From: a bacterium
GTDB lineage: Bacteria; UBA8248; JACPRG01; G963555815
Assembly (NCBI GenBank): GCA_965218795.1
Contig: OZ244653.1
Coordinates: 256,001 to 320,000, forward strand
Length of the DNA stretch: 64,000 bases
Direction: 5' to 3'
Of this stretch, positions 47,880-58,703 are shown piece by piece. The position numbers and the translations under genes are program-made. Every line of letters begins with the position of its first letter. Within the stretch, counting starts at the first letter, position 1. The notes under the pieces were generated by a model that was not told where the DNA came from, did not search any database, and was given only the letters and a program-made list of their open reading frames with translations.

Positions 47880-48563
47880 CGCTTCCGAGCGGTTGCCGGG
47901 AACGACGGTCATCAGAAGTTGATGAGGGGTTTGAAACCCGTAATCGGCGTGGACCCCGTCGAATAGTGATTCGTCGCGAACGCCCCAGAGTGCGATTCCT
48001 GTTTTGGTTCCCGCTATTCGTCCCGCCTCGATGTCCTTGGGAGAATCCCCGACAACCAGGCCCCGCTCCGGAGGGATACCGGCCGCTTCCAGCGCCCTGA
48101 AGACTCCTTCCGGGTGCGGCTTGGGACGCCTCACGTCATCGCCGGTGATCGGGTAATCGATCCACTTTCCGAGATCCAACACTTCAAAAGTCCATCTCGT
48201 CCCGCGCCGCCCCATTCCGGTGAACAGGCAGAGCCTGGTCCCGGCCTTCTTCAAACGGTCGAGGGTCTCCGCAACCCCCGGGAAGAGACTGAGGGAACCG
48301 GAAGCCTCATCATAATGCCTGAAGAAGAACTCCTCGGCCTCGGGGAAGCATGCCGCAGGCAGGTACCGGCGGAGCATCTTCTCTTCCGGAGGTCCCATTG
48401 CGTTGAATAACTCATCGCGCGTCACCTCGATTCGAGAAAAGCGCCCGACCGTGTTCACGAAGGCTTGGAAGATGACGTCCATTGTGTCCGTCAGCGTACC
48501 GTCCTGATCGAAGATCACGGCGTCGAATTTTCTCTGGGAGTGGTTCATCACCGTTTCAGTCAT
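47868..48563 (-). CDS. HAD family phosphatase (Gph/PpaX-like)
   Basis: FDQDGTL, KPHPEG, VGDSPKDIEAG. Confidence 0.92.
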   Translation of the reverse strand: MTETVMNHSQRKFDAVIFDQDGTLTDTMDVIFQAFVNTVGRFSRIEVTRDELFNAMGPPEEKMLRRYLPAACFPEAEEFFFRHYDEASGSLSLFPGVAETLDRLKKAGTRLCLFTGMGRRGTRWTFEVLDLGKWIDYPITGDDVRRPKPHPEGVFRALEAAGIPPERGLVVGDSPKDIEAGRIAGTKTGIALWGVRDESLFDGVHADYGFQTPHQLLMTVVPGNRSEASGE

Positions 48564-48765
48564 GGTTTTTTGGATTGAGAATCATGGACTCCTGTGCGGG
48601 GAACGGGTCATTTTCGGCTCGGTCCCCGTGTGCTATATAGTCCCCGGAACGGGAAGCGGGATCGGCCCCTCGACGAATCCGGTGAAAACGGTGGCAATCC
48701 GAGTGGAGTCCGCCAATTTAATGGGGGTCGAGCGAAAAAGGTCATATTGGACGGGGTGAAGCGGA

Positions 48766-49431
48766 GTGGTCAAGGTCAAGATCTGCGGGGTGACCCGGGT
48801 AGAGGACGCCGTTTTCGCCGCCGAGGCGGGAGCGGATGCGATCGGCCTGAATTTTGTCGACGGGTACGCCAGGTGCATCACCCCGGACCTCGCCCGTGAG
48901 ATCACCCGGCACCTTCCGCCTTACCTGACCGTGGTTGGGATTTTCGCCGGCCGAGAGGTCGCCGAAATTCGAGAAACCGTCCGGACGAGCGGGTTGAACG
49001 TCGTTCAGCTTCACGGGGACGAACCGCCCGAGGATTGCCTCGCCCTGGCCGAGGACGAGGATCGGCCCCTGCAGGTCATCAAGGCCTTCCGGGTGCGAGG
49101 CCGGGAGACGCTGGAGCGGATTTCCGACTATCGCCGGAACCGATGGATCACCCCCTTGCTGGATGCCTACCATCCCCAGGAGATCGGTGGGGTAGGAAAG
49201 ACCTTCGAGTGGGAGTTGATCTCGAACTTCGAGGGCCGGGAAAACGAGGCTTGCCTACGACCGTTCATCCTCTCGGGGGGGCTGAACGCAGACAACGTCG
49301 GGCGGGCCGTCCGGACCCTGAAGCCCTACGCGGTGGATGTGTCCAGCGGCGTCGAATCCGAGCTGTGCAAGAAGGATCCCGTGAAGGTCCGCGCCTATAT
49401 CCTGAACGCAAAATCGGCTGACCCGGATTGA
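48766..49431 (+). CDS. trpF: Phosphoribosylanthranilate isomerase
   Basis: KVKICGVT, QLHGDE, LSGGLNADNV, VDVSSGVE. Confidence 0.97.
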   Translation: MVKVKICGVTRVEDAVFAAEAGADAIGLNFVDGYARCITPDLAREITRHLPPYLTVVGIFAGREVAEIRETVRTSGLNVVQLHGDEPPEDCLALAEDEDRPLQVIKAFRVRGRETLERISDYRRNRWITPLLDAYHPQEIGGVGKTFEWELISNFEGRENEACLRPFILSGGLNADNVGRAVRTLKPYAVDVSSGVESELCKKDPVKVRAYILNAKSADPD

Positions 49432-49446
49432 GGGGAGACGCTTCCG

Positions 49447-50691
49447 TTGCAAGAACCTTCAGCGCCCATATTGACACCAATTGAATCGAGACCCGACCCG
49501 GAGGGACATTTCGGGATGTTCGGCGGCCGGTTCGTCCCTGAGACCCTCATGCCCGCCCTCAAAGAGCTGGAAGAGGCTCATGAGCGGTTTCGGAAGGACG
49601 TCCGGTTCCAGTCCGGGCTGCGCGGGTTGCTCGAGACCTACGCCGGCCGTCCGACGCCCCTGTATGAAGCCGGGAACCTCTCGGAACGGCTCGGCGGGAT
49701 TCGGGTCTTTCTCAAGCGGGAGGACCTTCTCCACACCGGGGCCCACAAGCTGAACAACACCCTGGCCCAGGCCCTCCTGACCAAAAGACTCGGCAAGAAG
49801 CGCGTCATCGCCGAAACGGGCGCGGGCCAGCACGGCGTCGGCACCGCGACGGCGTGCGCGCTTCTGGGTCTGGACTGCCGGGTCTACATGGGGACGGAGG
49901 ACATCGAGCGGCAAAAGCTGAACGTGTACCGGATGCAGCTCATGGGAACGGAGGTGTATCCGGTCGATTCCGGGACGGGCACGTTGAAGGATGCGACCAG
50001 CGAATGCCTGCGCGATTGGACGGCTTCCGTGCGCGACACCCATTACATCCTGGGCTCGGTGGTGGGGCCGCATCCCTTCCCGGCCATGATCCGGGACTTC
50101 CAATCTGTCATCGGCCGGGAGGCGCGGGCGCAAACATTGTCCGCCACGGGCAGGCTTCCCCACGTCCTGGTGGCGTGCGTCGGAGGCGGGAGCAACGCGA
50201 TCGGGCTCTTTCACCCGTTCTATGAGGACGAATCGGTCCGAATGGTCGGGGTGGAGGCCGGAGGTCTGGGACTTGCATCAGGGAAGCACGGGGCGCCCCT
50301 CAACGCCGGAAAGCCCGGCGTGCTGCATGGGAGCAAGAGTTACTTGATCTATGACGCTGACGGTCAGGTCATCCCCACGCATTCGGTTTCAGCGGGTCTG
50401 GATTACCCCGGTGTCGGACCGGAGCACAGCTTCTACCGGGAAACGGGCCGGGCCGAATACGTCTCGGTCACAGACCGGGAGGCCCTGGAGGGATTTGAGC
50501 TGCTGGCGCGCACGGAGGCGATCATTCCCGCGCTGGAAACCGCTCACGCCGTCGCCTATCTGCCCAAGCTGGCCGAGTCGCTTCCGTCCGAGGCGGTTGT
50601 TGTTCTGTGCCTCTCGGGCAGAGGAGACAAAGACATGGACCACGCCATGCGCCTTCGCGATGGAAAGGGCGAGGAAACGGCGTCACACTAA
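49447..50691 (+). CDS. trpB: Tryptophan synthase beta chain
   Basis: [44 protein letters not shown]. Confidence 0.98.
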   Translation: MQEPSAPILTPIESRPDPEGHFGMFGGRFVPETLMPALKELEEAHERFRKDVRFQSGLRGLLETYAGRPTPLYEAGNLSERLGGIRVFLKREDLLHTGAHKLNNTLAQALLTKRLGKKRVIAETGAGQHGVGTATACALLGLDCRVYMGTEDIERQKLNVYRMQLMGTEVYPVDSGTGTLKDATSECLRDWTASVRDTHYILGSVVGPHPFPAMIRDFQSVIGREARAQTLSATGRLPHVLVACVGGGSNAIGLFHPFYEDESVRMVGVEAGGLGLASGKHGAPLNAGKPGVLHGSKSYLIYDADGQVIPTHSVSAGLDYPGVGPEHSFYRETGRAEYVSVTDREALEGFELLARTEAIIPALETAHAVAYLPKLAESLPSEAVVVLCLSGRGDKDMDHAMRLRDGKGEETASH

Positions 50692-50803
50692 GCAGTCGAT
50701 GGAGCCATTCTCCTCGCCCTGAATTTCCAATTGAAACCCACGACCCCTCGACGGGGGTGCGGGCCAACCTGAAAAATTCCTTTCGAAATGAGGAAGAATC
50801 CCG

Positions 50804-51598
50804 GTGGGCCGAATCAGCAATCAATTCGATGAACTGCGCAAAAACGGCGGCAAGGCCCTGATCCCCTTTATAACGGCGGGCGACCCGACGCTGGATTTCA
50901 CGAAAGACCTCGTTCGCCATTTGGAAGAGATGGGAGCCGATCTCCTCGAGTTGGGCGTTCCCTTTTCCGATCCCATGGCGGACGGGCCGATCATTCAACG
51001 GGCCTCCTTCCGCTCTCTGAGGAACGGGACCAGCATGAGCGACGTCCTGCGCCTCGTCGAAGAGATCAGAGAGGTGGTCCGCATCCCGCTCATTTTGATG
51101 ACCTACTACAATCCCATCTTTGCCCTTGGGGAGGAAAATTTCATCGGTCAGGCGGTTCGGGCAGGGGTCGACGGGCTCATCATCCCCGATCTCCCTTACG
51201 AGGAGTCAGGCCCGCTGATGGAGATCACAAAGGGAACCAGCCTGGACGTCATCGCCATGCTCGCCCCGACCAGCACCTCCGAACGGAAAAAGAAATATTG
51301 CAACGGTGCGCGGGGCTTCATTTATTACGTCGCGCAGTTGGGTGTAACGGGCGCTCGGGAGGAATTGTCTGCTGATTTGAAGGATGGCCTCGAGACCGTG
51401 AAGGCTCTGACGGATGTCCCCGTCGCCGCAGGATTCGGGATCAAGACGCCCGCCCAAGCCCGGGAGGTCTCCGGCTCTTGTGACGGAGTCATCGTAGGCA
51501 GCGCATTGATCAGCTTGATGGAAGGCGCGGAAAACCTGGATGACAGGCTTCACGCAGCAGGGGATTTTGTGCGAGCGTTGAAACAGGCTATGGAGTGA
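50804..51598 (+). CDS. trpA: Tryptophan synthase alpha chain
   Basis: FITAGDP, ELGVPFSDPMADGPIIQ, GVTGAR, GVIVGSA. Confidence 0.98.
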   Translation: MGRISNQFDELRKNGGKALIPFITAGDPTLDFTKDLVRHLEEMGADLLELGVPFSDPMADGPIIQRASFRSLRNGTSMSDVLRLVEEIREVVRIPLILMTYYNPIFALGEENFIGQAVRAGVDGLIIPDLPYEESGPLMEITKGTSLDVIAMLAPTSTSERKKKYCNGARGFIYYVAQLGVTGAREELSADLKDGLETVKALTDVPVAAGFGIKTPAQAREVSGSCDGVIVGSALISLMEGAENLDDRLHAAGDFVRALKQAME

Positions 51599-51708
51599 AT
51601 CCGTCCGTTCCCGCCCATTGATCAAAACCTTCCCAATAAGAAGTATCGATTTACCCGTTAAATTCCATTCGCGCGTAAAAATCAGCTCGAATTTTCAGAA
51701 AAATATCG

Positions 51709-51736
51709 TTGCGATTTGAAAGTTTTAGTTTATAAT
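51709..51736 (+). promoter_or_regulatory. Putative sigma70 promoter for ftsK within an AT-rich tract
   Basis: TTGCGA-16 nt-TATAAT. Confidence 0.5.
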
Positions 51737-51780
51737 TCAATAGACAACTTATTGGATTGTTTAAATTTAAAGGGTTTGAT

Positions 51781-54339
51781 ATGGCTTCAGCGATCACCTT
51801 GAAAAAGGGGGCCCCGAAAACAGGGAAAACCGAAAAGTCTCCGGAATCGACCCAATCTCGCATTCTGGAAGGCCTTGCTGTTCTCCTTTTCGGGGTATCG
51901 GTCTTCCTGTGTGTTGCGTTTTTCTCATTTCATCCGCTCGACCCGTCATTGAACCGGGTTCCGGCGAGGGCCTGGGAGGTCCGCAACAGCGCAGGCATTG
52001 CCGGTTCCTACGCTGCCGATGCCGCCGGTCAGGTTTTGGGCGGCGCGGCCCTGGTCTTGCCTCTGGCCGGTCTGCTCATCGGCGCTTCCTGGATCAGGGG
52101 GCGTCGGGTCGAAAGCAAGTGGGGGCTTGCCACGGGGTTGGTTGTGGGCGGTATTGTCGCGGCGATCCTCCTCCAGGATTACAGGGGCTATATGGATTCC
52201 CTGTTTGGGCCCAGAATTCCCGCCGGCGGTCTGATCGGCGCGTTCCTGGCTCCGCTGGCATTCCGTTTTTTCGGCATTGTCGGGGGGTATTTAATCCTGG
52301 CGGTCGCCGGAACCTTCGCCATCCTTCAGTTGGCGAATTTTGGCCTGTCCGATTTACTGAAAGGAGTTTCGAATCTGTTCCAGGTTCTGCTCGCGGGCCT
52401 TCGGTACGCCGGAGTCACAAGCATCCGTCTTCTGGTATGGGGTCTCGCGTTTTGCTGGAGGAAGCTGTTCCGTTCCGGCCGGTGGCTGAAGCAGCCGCTG
52501 ATCGCGACGGGCCGGCTCATCGCCGATTTTGCGTCAGAGCTCAATCCGTTCACCTTTCCCTGGAAAGAGTTTTTCCGACCCCGGCGCAAAGTAAGAAAAG
52601 TAAGAGTTGAGACCGGGCCGCTCGAAGCTGAACCCGTCCACGACGAAGCCTCTTTGCCGCTTCGCCTGGACCCGGTTCCCGTCCGCCTGATCTCGGCCGT
52701 CGGAGAATACGGGCCCAGAACCACGCTGGAAGTTGATGAGACCATCGAAGATATTCCACCCGAGGGCGGTATGGAGGAGGAAGACTTCGCCAGCTCCGAG
52801 CCCCGGCGACCCTCCGAGACTCAGCCGGTCATCGAGATCGCTGCCCCCATTGAAAAGGTGAAGCGAAGAAGGCGGACGCCCCACGCGCTTCCCAGCCTCA
52901 CCCTGCTGGACGACCCGCCGCCGTCGATGGGATTGGCGGACCGGGAAAAGCTGGCCGAGCGATCGGAAACCCTGGTGAACAAGCTGCGCGATTTTGGAGT
53001 CGAAGGATCGGTCGTGCAGGTCCTTCACGGCCCCGTCGTCACCATGTTCGAGTATTCTCCGGCATCGGGGGTGAAGGTCAGCAAGATCGTCAACCTTTCG
53101 GACGATTTGGCCCTGGGGATGAAGGCGCTGTCGGTTCGGATTGTCGCACCCATCCCCGGCAAGGCGGCCGTTGGAATCGAGATCCCCAACCACCACCGTG
53201 AGGCGGTCAACCTCAAGGAGATCCTCGCCAGCCGCGATTTTCAGGACCACGACGGCGTGCTTCCCATGGCGCTCGGCAAGGACATCCTGGGTCGTCCCGC
53301 CATCACCGATCTGGTGAAGATTCCACACTTGTTGATCGCAGGGGCCACGGGTTCGGGGAAAAGCGTCGGATTGAACAGCATGATCTGCTCCCTGCTTTTC
53401 CGAAGGACTCCCCAGGCTCTCCGCATGGTGATGATCGACCCGAAGATGCTGGAGCTGTCGGTATACGACGGCATTCCCCACCTGCTCACGCCGGTCGTCA
53501 CGGACCCCAAACGGGCGTCTATCGTCCTGAAGGGATTGGTTGCCGAGATGGAGCGGAGATACCATCTCCTGTCGGCCGCGGGTGTGCGGAATATCATGGG
53601 ATATAACCAGAAGATCGCCGACGAGCGCCCCGCCCGGTCGAACGGATCAACGGCGGAGATGAACGAGGAGGGACTCGAACCTCTGCCCCATATCGTGGTG
53701 GTGGTCGATGAATTGGCGGATCTGATGATGGTGACCAGCAAGGATGTCGAGGACTCCATCGTTCGGCTGGCCCAGATGGCCCGGGCGTCCGGCATCCACC
53801 TGATCGTGGCGACCCAGCGCCCGTCGGTTGACGTGCTGACTGGTCTGATCAAGGCGAACTTCCCGGCGAGGATTTCCTTCAAGGTCAGCTCGCGGACGGA
53901 TTCCCGGACCATCCTGGACGCCAACGGAGGAGAGCGCCTCCTGGGTCAGGGCGACATGCTCTTCCTGCCGCCGGGGACGTCGAACCTGGTGCGGATCCAC
54001 GGCGCGTTCGTCTCGGAAAAGGAAATCTTCCACGCCGTCGAGTTCTGGAAGGAGCAGGGCGATCCCGAATATGACGGCTCCCTCTTTTCCGCGGTCATCG
54101 GCTCAGGGGTCGATGAGGAGGCCGACGAGGCCGAGTACGACGAAAAGTTCGACGAGGCCGTGGAGCTGGTGGCCAAGACGCGCCAGGCCAGTATCTCCAT
54201 GATTCAGCGCCGGTTGCGCGTGGGATACAATCGGGCCGCCCGAATGATTGAAGTGATGGAGCGGGACGGCATCGTCGGGCCGTCCGACGGCGTCAAGCCG
54301 CGAGAGGTATACGCGCGCGCCATTCCGCAGGACGACTGA
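51781..54339 (+). CDS. ftsK: DNA translocase FtsK
   Basis: N-terminal TM domain, PHLLIAGATGSGKSV, DELADLM, ATQRPSVDV, gamma domain QRRLRVGYNRAAR. Confidence 0.97.
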   Translation: MASAITLKKGAPKTGKTEKSPESTQSRILEGLAVLLFGVSVFLCVAFFSFHPLDPSLNRVPARAWEVRNSAGIAGSYAADAAGQVLGGAALVLPLAGLLIGASWIRGRRVESKWGLATGLVVGGIVAAILLQDYRGYMDSLFGPRIPAGGLIGAFLAPLAFRFFGIVGGYLILAVAGTFAILQLANFGLSDLLKGVSNLFQVLLAGLRYAGVTSIRLLVWGLAFCWRKLFRSGRWLKQPLIATGRLIADFASELNPFTFPWKEFFRPRRKVRKVRVETGPLEAEPVHDEASLPLRLDPVPVRLISAVGEYGPRTTLEVDETIEDIPPEGGMEEEDFASSEPRRPSETQPVIEIAAPIEKVKRRRRTPHALPSLTLLDDPPPSMGLADREKLAERSETLVNKLRDFGVEGSVVQVLHGPVVTMFEYSPASGVKVSKIVNLSDDLALGMKALSVRIVAPIPGKAAVGIEIPNHHREAVNLKEILASRDFQDHDGVLPMALGKDILGRPAITDLVKIPHLLIAGATGSGKSVGLNSMICSLLFRRTPQALRMVMIDPKMLELSVYDGIPHLLTPVVTDPKRASIVLKGLVAEMERRYHLLSAAGVRNIMGYNQKIADERPARSNGSTAEMNEEGLEPLPHIVVVVDELADLMMVTSKDVEDSIVRLAQMARASGIHLIVATQRPSVDVLTGLIKANFPARISFKVSSRTDSRTILDANGGERLLGQGDMLFLPPGTSNLVRIHGAFVSEKEIFHAVEFWKEQGDPEYDGSLFSAVIGSGVDEEADEAEYDEKFDEAVELVAKTRQASISMIQRRLRVGYNRAARMIEVMERDGIVGPSDGVKPREVYARAIPQDD

Positions 54340-54550
54340 CTCTCCGCCGGCCGAACTTGGTTCAGTCAGCCTTCCCTCATCAATATGCAAGTCCGGCGCG
54401 GCCCGTTTCACGGAATCTCTCATTCCGATCGCCTTCAACGTTTGCCCCGAGTTCCCCTTGAATCAGTTAAACTTCAATCCTGCGAATTTCAGTCTCCGTT
54501 ACCCGTAATCGGGCGGTCGTCGGGGGACGACCACGAAAGGAAGACATCGG

Positions 54551-55546
54551 ATGAACATCGACGTGCATAACCACTTCATCGGAGAGGACGCCAGGGAGTT
54601 CCTCATGAAGGAAGGGGCCGGCCAGGGGCTGACGATTTCCGATGACGGCCGGGGCGGGATGACGATCGATTTCGAAGGGCGCGGGAAGATGGGCGCCGAA
54701 GCGGGCTTTTTCGACATCGACCTCCGGTTGAAGTGGATGGAGGAAAGAGGCATCGACGCCCAGTTGGTGACCATTGCGCCGAGCCATTGCTTATTCGGAA
54801 AGGACGCATCCTTTGCGGCCGAGTACCTGGCCGTTGTGAACAACCATATCGCAAGGCTGGGAACCGAATACCCGGGCAAATTCTTTCCCACGGCCACCGT
54901 ACCCCTCCAGGATGTCGAAAAGGCCGTCGCGGAGGCCCACCGGGCCGTCAACGAGCTCAACGCCCGAGCCGTATTTCTCACGTCCAACGTCAACGGCGGC
55001 TACATGGACGCCCCGAAGTTCGACCCGCTCTATGATGCGGCCCAGGAGCTGGGGGTTCCCCTGTTCGTCCATCCGGCCTTTCCGCCCTCCCTCGAAGGGA
55101 TGGGCGACTATCACCTGTCCAACATCTGCGGCTTCCCCTTTGATCAGACCTTGAACCTGGCTCGGATGGTCCTGAGCGGGGTCTACGAGCGCTTTCCCCG
55201 CCTCCAGGCGTTTTACACCCACGGCGGCGGCACGACGCCTTTCCTCCGGGGACGCTGGAATCACGCCTTCCAGGCCAGAGACGATACGAGCGCGACGATC
55301 CCCCGGCCGCCCAGTGATTACCTCCAACAGATTTGGCTCGGCTCCATGGTTTTTTATCCTCCGACGCTGGAATTCGTCGTCCGCTCGGTCGGTGTGGACC
55401 ATGTCTGCCTGGGGAGTGATTATCCCTACGACATGGCCGACCCCGATCCCGCCGGAACCGTCCGGAAGGTCGCTTCGTTATCGGAGCCTGAGCTCAACGC
55501 CATACTGGGGGGAAACGCCAAGGTGCTTTTCGATTTACATCCCTGA
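54551..55546 (+). CDS. Amidohydro_2 family (ACMSD-like decarboxylase/hydratase), copy 1
   Basis: IDVHNH, LFVHP, THGGG, LGSDYPYDM, GGNA. Confidence 0.9.
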   Translation: MNIDVHNHFIGEDAREFLMKEGAGQGLTISDDGRGGMTIDFEGRGKMGAEAGFFDIDLRLKWMEERGIDAQLVTIAPSHCLFGKDASFAAEYLAVVNNHIARLGTEYPGKFFPTATVPLQDVEKAVAEAHRAVNELNARAVFLTSNVNGGYMDAPKFDPLYDAAQELGVPLFVHPAFPPSLEGMGDYHLSNICGFPFDQTLNLARMVLSGVYERFPRLQAFYTHGGGTTPFLRGRWNHAFQARDDTSATIPRPPSDYLQQIWLGSMVFYPPTLEFVVRSVGVDHVCLGSDYPYDMADPDPAGTVRKVASLSEPELNAILGGNAKVLFDLHP

Positions 55547-55627
55547 CCGGAGAAAGGCTTCCGGTTTACGGCGCGGGCCGATTCATACCTCACGCTCAAC
55601 CGATACGTGGAAGATGAGGGTTCGACG

Positions 55628-56620
55628 ATGATCATCGACGTCCACAACCATTTCATTGGGAATGCCGCCAAGTCCTTCCTTCTGGAGGAGGGGAAGGCTC
55701 GTGGAGTCCCCGCGGAGGAAGATCGCGAAGGGAACTTGGTGGTCGACTTCGGCTTCAGAAAGCTCGCGGCTTCCAGGGATTTTTTCGACCCGGAGCTTCG
55801 GCTCGAGGCCATGAACCGATGCGGCATTGACGCACAGCTTCTGACCGTCTCGGCCTCCCATACATTTCAGGAACAAGATCAAGGCTTCGTGTCAGAGTAC
55901 CTCAAGGCGGTCAACGATGGGATCGGCAAAGTCTGTGAGGAATACCCCGGTAAGTTTTTCCCGACCGCAGTCGTCTCTGTGCGGGATGTGGACGCAGGAG
56001 TTCGGGAGGCCGAACGGGCAGTCAACGAACTGAAAGCCCGCGCCGTGTTCATGACCTCCAATGTTGAGGGGGAGCACCTCGACGATCGAAAATTGGACGC
56101 CCTGTATGGAGCCGTACAGGATCTGGGGGTTCCGCTGATCATTCATCCGACCACCCCGCGGTCCCGTGACGGGATGGACGGCTACCATCTGTTCAACCTT
56201 TGCGGATTTCAATTCGACCACGCGCTGAATCTGGCGCGCATGGTTTTTTCCGGCGTCTATGAGCGGTTCCCGAGGCTGCGTGCGTTTTACACCCACGGCG
56301 GAGGCCCCTCCCTGTTCCTCCTCGGGCGCTGGGACCACGCTCACAGGATTCGGGAGGATACCCGCGCCGCCATCGCCAGTCCGCCGAGCGCCTACTTCGA
56401 TCGAATCTGGGTCGGCACCGTTGTTTTCAACCCGCGCACGCTTGGGTTTGTCATCGACTCCATCGGGGCGGACCACGTGTGCCTGGGAAGCGATTACCCT
56501 TACGACATGGAAGATCCGGATCCGGTCGGATTGGTCCAGCGGGTCGAATCTCTCTCGGAGTCTGATTCGAAGGCCATCTTGGGAGGAAATGCCCTGACGC
56601 TGTTCGGATTGCCCTGCTGA
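55628..56620 (+). CDS. Amidohydro_2 family (ACMSD-like), copy 2
   Basis: IDVHNH, LIIHP, THGGG, LGSDYPYDM, GGNA. Confidence 0.9.
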   Translation: MIIDVHNHFIGNAAKSFLLEEGKARGVPAEEDREGNLVVDFGFRKLAASRDFFDPELRLEAMNRCGIDAQLLTVSASHTFQEQDQGFVSEYLKAVNDGIGKVCEEYPGKFFPTAVVSVRDVDAGVREAERAVNELKARAVFMTSNVEGEHLDDRKLDALYGAVQDLGVPLIIHPTTPRSRDGMDGYHLFNLCGFQFDHALNLARMVFSGVYERFPRLRAFYTHGGGPSLFLLGRWDHAHRIREDTRAAIASPPSAYFDRIWVGTVVFNPRTLGFVIDSIGADHVCLGSDYPYDMEDPDPVGLVQRVESLSESDSKAILGGNALTLFGLPC

Positions 56621-56850
56621 ACCATTCGACGAGAGGAAAAGAACCGGTCCCATTGGATCACCCAGGGACAATCCCACCCATCGACCTCCCCGAAACCCGA
56701 GGCGGCTTGTCTCCCGCCCCTCCGGGGCGCATCATGTGGAATGATGATGCGGGATTGAAATTCACCGGCGACGACCCGGATTCGGCCGGGAAGGCATGAT
56801 GGCGGATGAGACGCCGCGCTGGCCCGGCCGAGGATGAAATCTACACCCTG

Positions 56851-58422
56851 ATGAATTTGCATCAAGACTCCACGGTCGAGAAGAGTCCCGCATCTGCGGA
56901 AAGGGCAGGTGCAGGCTCTCAGGATATCTCGAGGGCGCGCGTGAACCTCGCCGTTATCGGTGTGGCCCTTGGGACGTTTCTCGCCGCGCTGGATATCACG
57001 ATCATGGGCACGGCTATGCCTACCATCGTGGGCTTTCTGGGCGGCCTCCACATCTACAGTTGGGCGTTCAGCAGCTATTTCCTGGCTTCCGTGGTCGCAA
57101 CCCCGATCTTCGGCAAGCTGGCGGATATGTACGGGATTCGACGCGTTTACCTCATCGCTATCGGGACTTTTGTGGTTGCCTCCGCTCTTTGCGGGATGTC
57201 CCAAAACATGCCGATGCTGATCGTCTTCAGGGGGTTTCAAGGAATCGGCGGCGGTTCGCTCATGGCCCTGAGCCTGACGGTCTTGGGCGTGTTGTTTCCT
57301 CCCGAGCGACTGGGCCGGACGATGGGCATCATGAATGCCGTTTGGGGGGTCGCTGCTATCGCCGGTCCCATGATCGGCGGAATCCTGGTGGAGAAGATTT
57401 CCTGGCGGTGGATTTTTTACATCAACCTCCCGACCGGATTCGCCGCCGCGGCCTTCGTGATGTCCGGTTTGGCCCGAAAGCAGGAGACGCGAAGCCGACA
57501 GCGTCCGGATTATCCGGGTGGGGTCACTTTGCTTTGCGGGATCGTTGCCCTTCTTCTTGTCGCGGGGCAGGGCAAGCCCAAGCCGTTCGGTTGGATGGAC
57601 GCCCTCCTGCTGACCGTCGGACTGGCGCTTTTGGCCTTCTTTGTCTGGAACGAGTCCAAAGCGGAGGAGCCGATTCTCCCCCTCTCGTTATTCCGGATCA
57701 GAAAATTCGCATTTGCGAGCCTGCTTGGTTTCCTGACGGGAGCGGGATTTTTTACCGCCACGGCCTACGTGCCACTGTTCTATCAAGGCGTCATCGGGGC
57801 CACCGCCATTGGGGCCGGCGCCGTGCTGATGCCGATGAGCCTGGGATGGTCCATCTCCAGCTCCTTCGGGATCTCTTTTTTCATCGGCCGGGTGAGCTTG
57901 GAGCGGCTCCTCTCCCTCGGGTTCGTGTTTCTCTTTCTGGCGTACATCCTCCTCTCCCTGGTAAGCGTGGATTCGTCCTACATGCAGGTCGCCGCCGCTA
58001 TGACGATCCTGGGGATTGGAATGGGCTTCATCTTTACAATGCTCCTGACCATTGTGCAAACCGGCGTCCCCAAGGTGCATTTGGGCGTTGTGACTTCTTC
58101 CACCTTCCTGTTCCGTCAACTCGGCGGTGCGGTGGCGATCGGAATCATGGGCGGCGTGATGAGCCGCGGTCTGACGTTCCGACTGTCCGCCTTTCGCGAG
58201 GCTTCCTCTCAGCCCCATGTTCTGGATTCGATCTCGGGCCCCCGGGACCTCGTGAGGCCTGAAATCATGGAAAAATTTTCAGTCGATACCGCAGCGGCTC
58301 TGAAGGGGATTCTTGCCGACTCCTTGTCTCCGGTGTTTTTGCTCGTTCTGGCGGTCATGGGGGCGGGCCTTTTGCTGAGTCTCTGGTTTGCGTCGGGAAG
58401 TGGAAGGCCGGACGGACCATGA
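56851..58422 (+). CDS. MFS transporter, DHA2 (EmrB/QacA-like)
   Basis: FLAALDITI, GKLADMYGIR, FRGFQGIGGG, WRWIFYINLP; start uncertain. Confidence 0.93.
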   Translation: MNLHQDSTVEKSPASAERAGAGSQDISRARVNLAVIGVALGTFLAALDITIMGTAMPTIVGFLGGLHIYSWAFSSYFLASVVATPIFGKLADMYGIRRVYLIAIGTFVVASALCGMSQNMPMLIVFRGFQGIGGGSLMALSLTVLGVLFPPERLGRTMGIMNAVWGVAAIAGPMIGGILVEKISWRWIFYINLPTGFAAAAFVMSGLARKQETRSRQRPDYPGGVTLLCGIVALLLVAGQGKPKPFGWMDALLLTVGLALLAFFVWNESKAEEPILPLSLFRIRKFAFASLLGFLTGAGFFTATAYVPLFYQGVIGATAIGAGAVLMPMSLGWSISSSFGISFFIGRVSLERLLSLGFVFLFLAYILLSLVSVDSSYMQVAAAMTILGIGMGFIFTMLLTIVQTGVPKVHLGVVTSSTFLFRQLGGAVAIGIMGGVMSRGLTFRLSAFREASSQPHVLDSISGPRDLVRPEIMEKFSVDTAAALKGILADSLSPVFLLVLAVMGAGLLLSLWFASGSGRPDGP

Positions 58423-58517
58423 AGCAAGTCGTCAAGAACCTCAATTCCCGGTTCAACGGCATCCGAGTGGGAAGGGCGGGTTGAGGGGGCACGTGGTTTG
58501 GGGACGCCTCGTCAAGC

Positions 58518-58665
58518 GGCCCTTTTCCTGGATTCCCGCTTGCGCGGGAATGACAGACTGTTGTACGGGGGCCTCGTTTGTCATCCCCTCGGAAGCGGGA
58601 ATCCACTCCCCGACCTGGGCAGGGGCAGGCTCCCCGCCTGAAACACTCGGGGGCAGGCCCCGCCT
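58518..58665. repeat. ATTCCC-N8-GGGAAT type palindromic element, copy B (inverted doublet)
   Basis: TGGATTCCCGCTTGCGCGGGAATGAC (58529-58554) and GTCATCCCCTCGGAAGCGGGAATCCA (58580-58605), followed by GGGGCAGGC twice. Confidence 0.8.
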
Positions 58666-58703
58666 GCCAGCGCAATTGTCCTTTCACCATGAAGCCGTGC
58701 GCG

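Noticed and set aside
51600-51780. AT-rich tract as replication origin or foreign insert
   Set aside because: No DnaA boxes or flanking repeats seen; explained by the ftsK promoter region.
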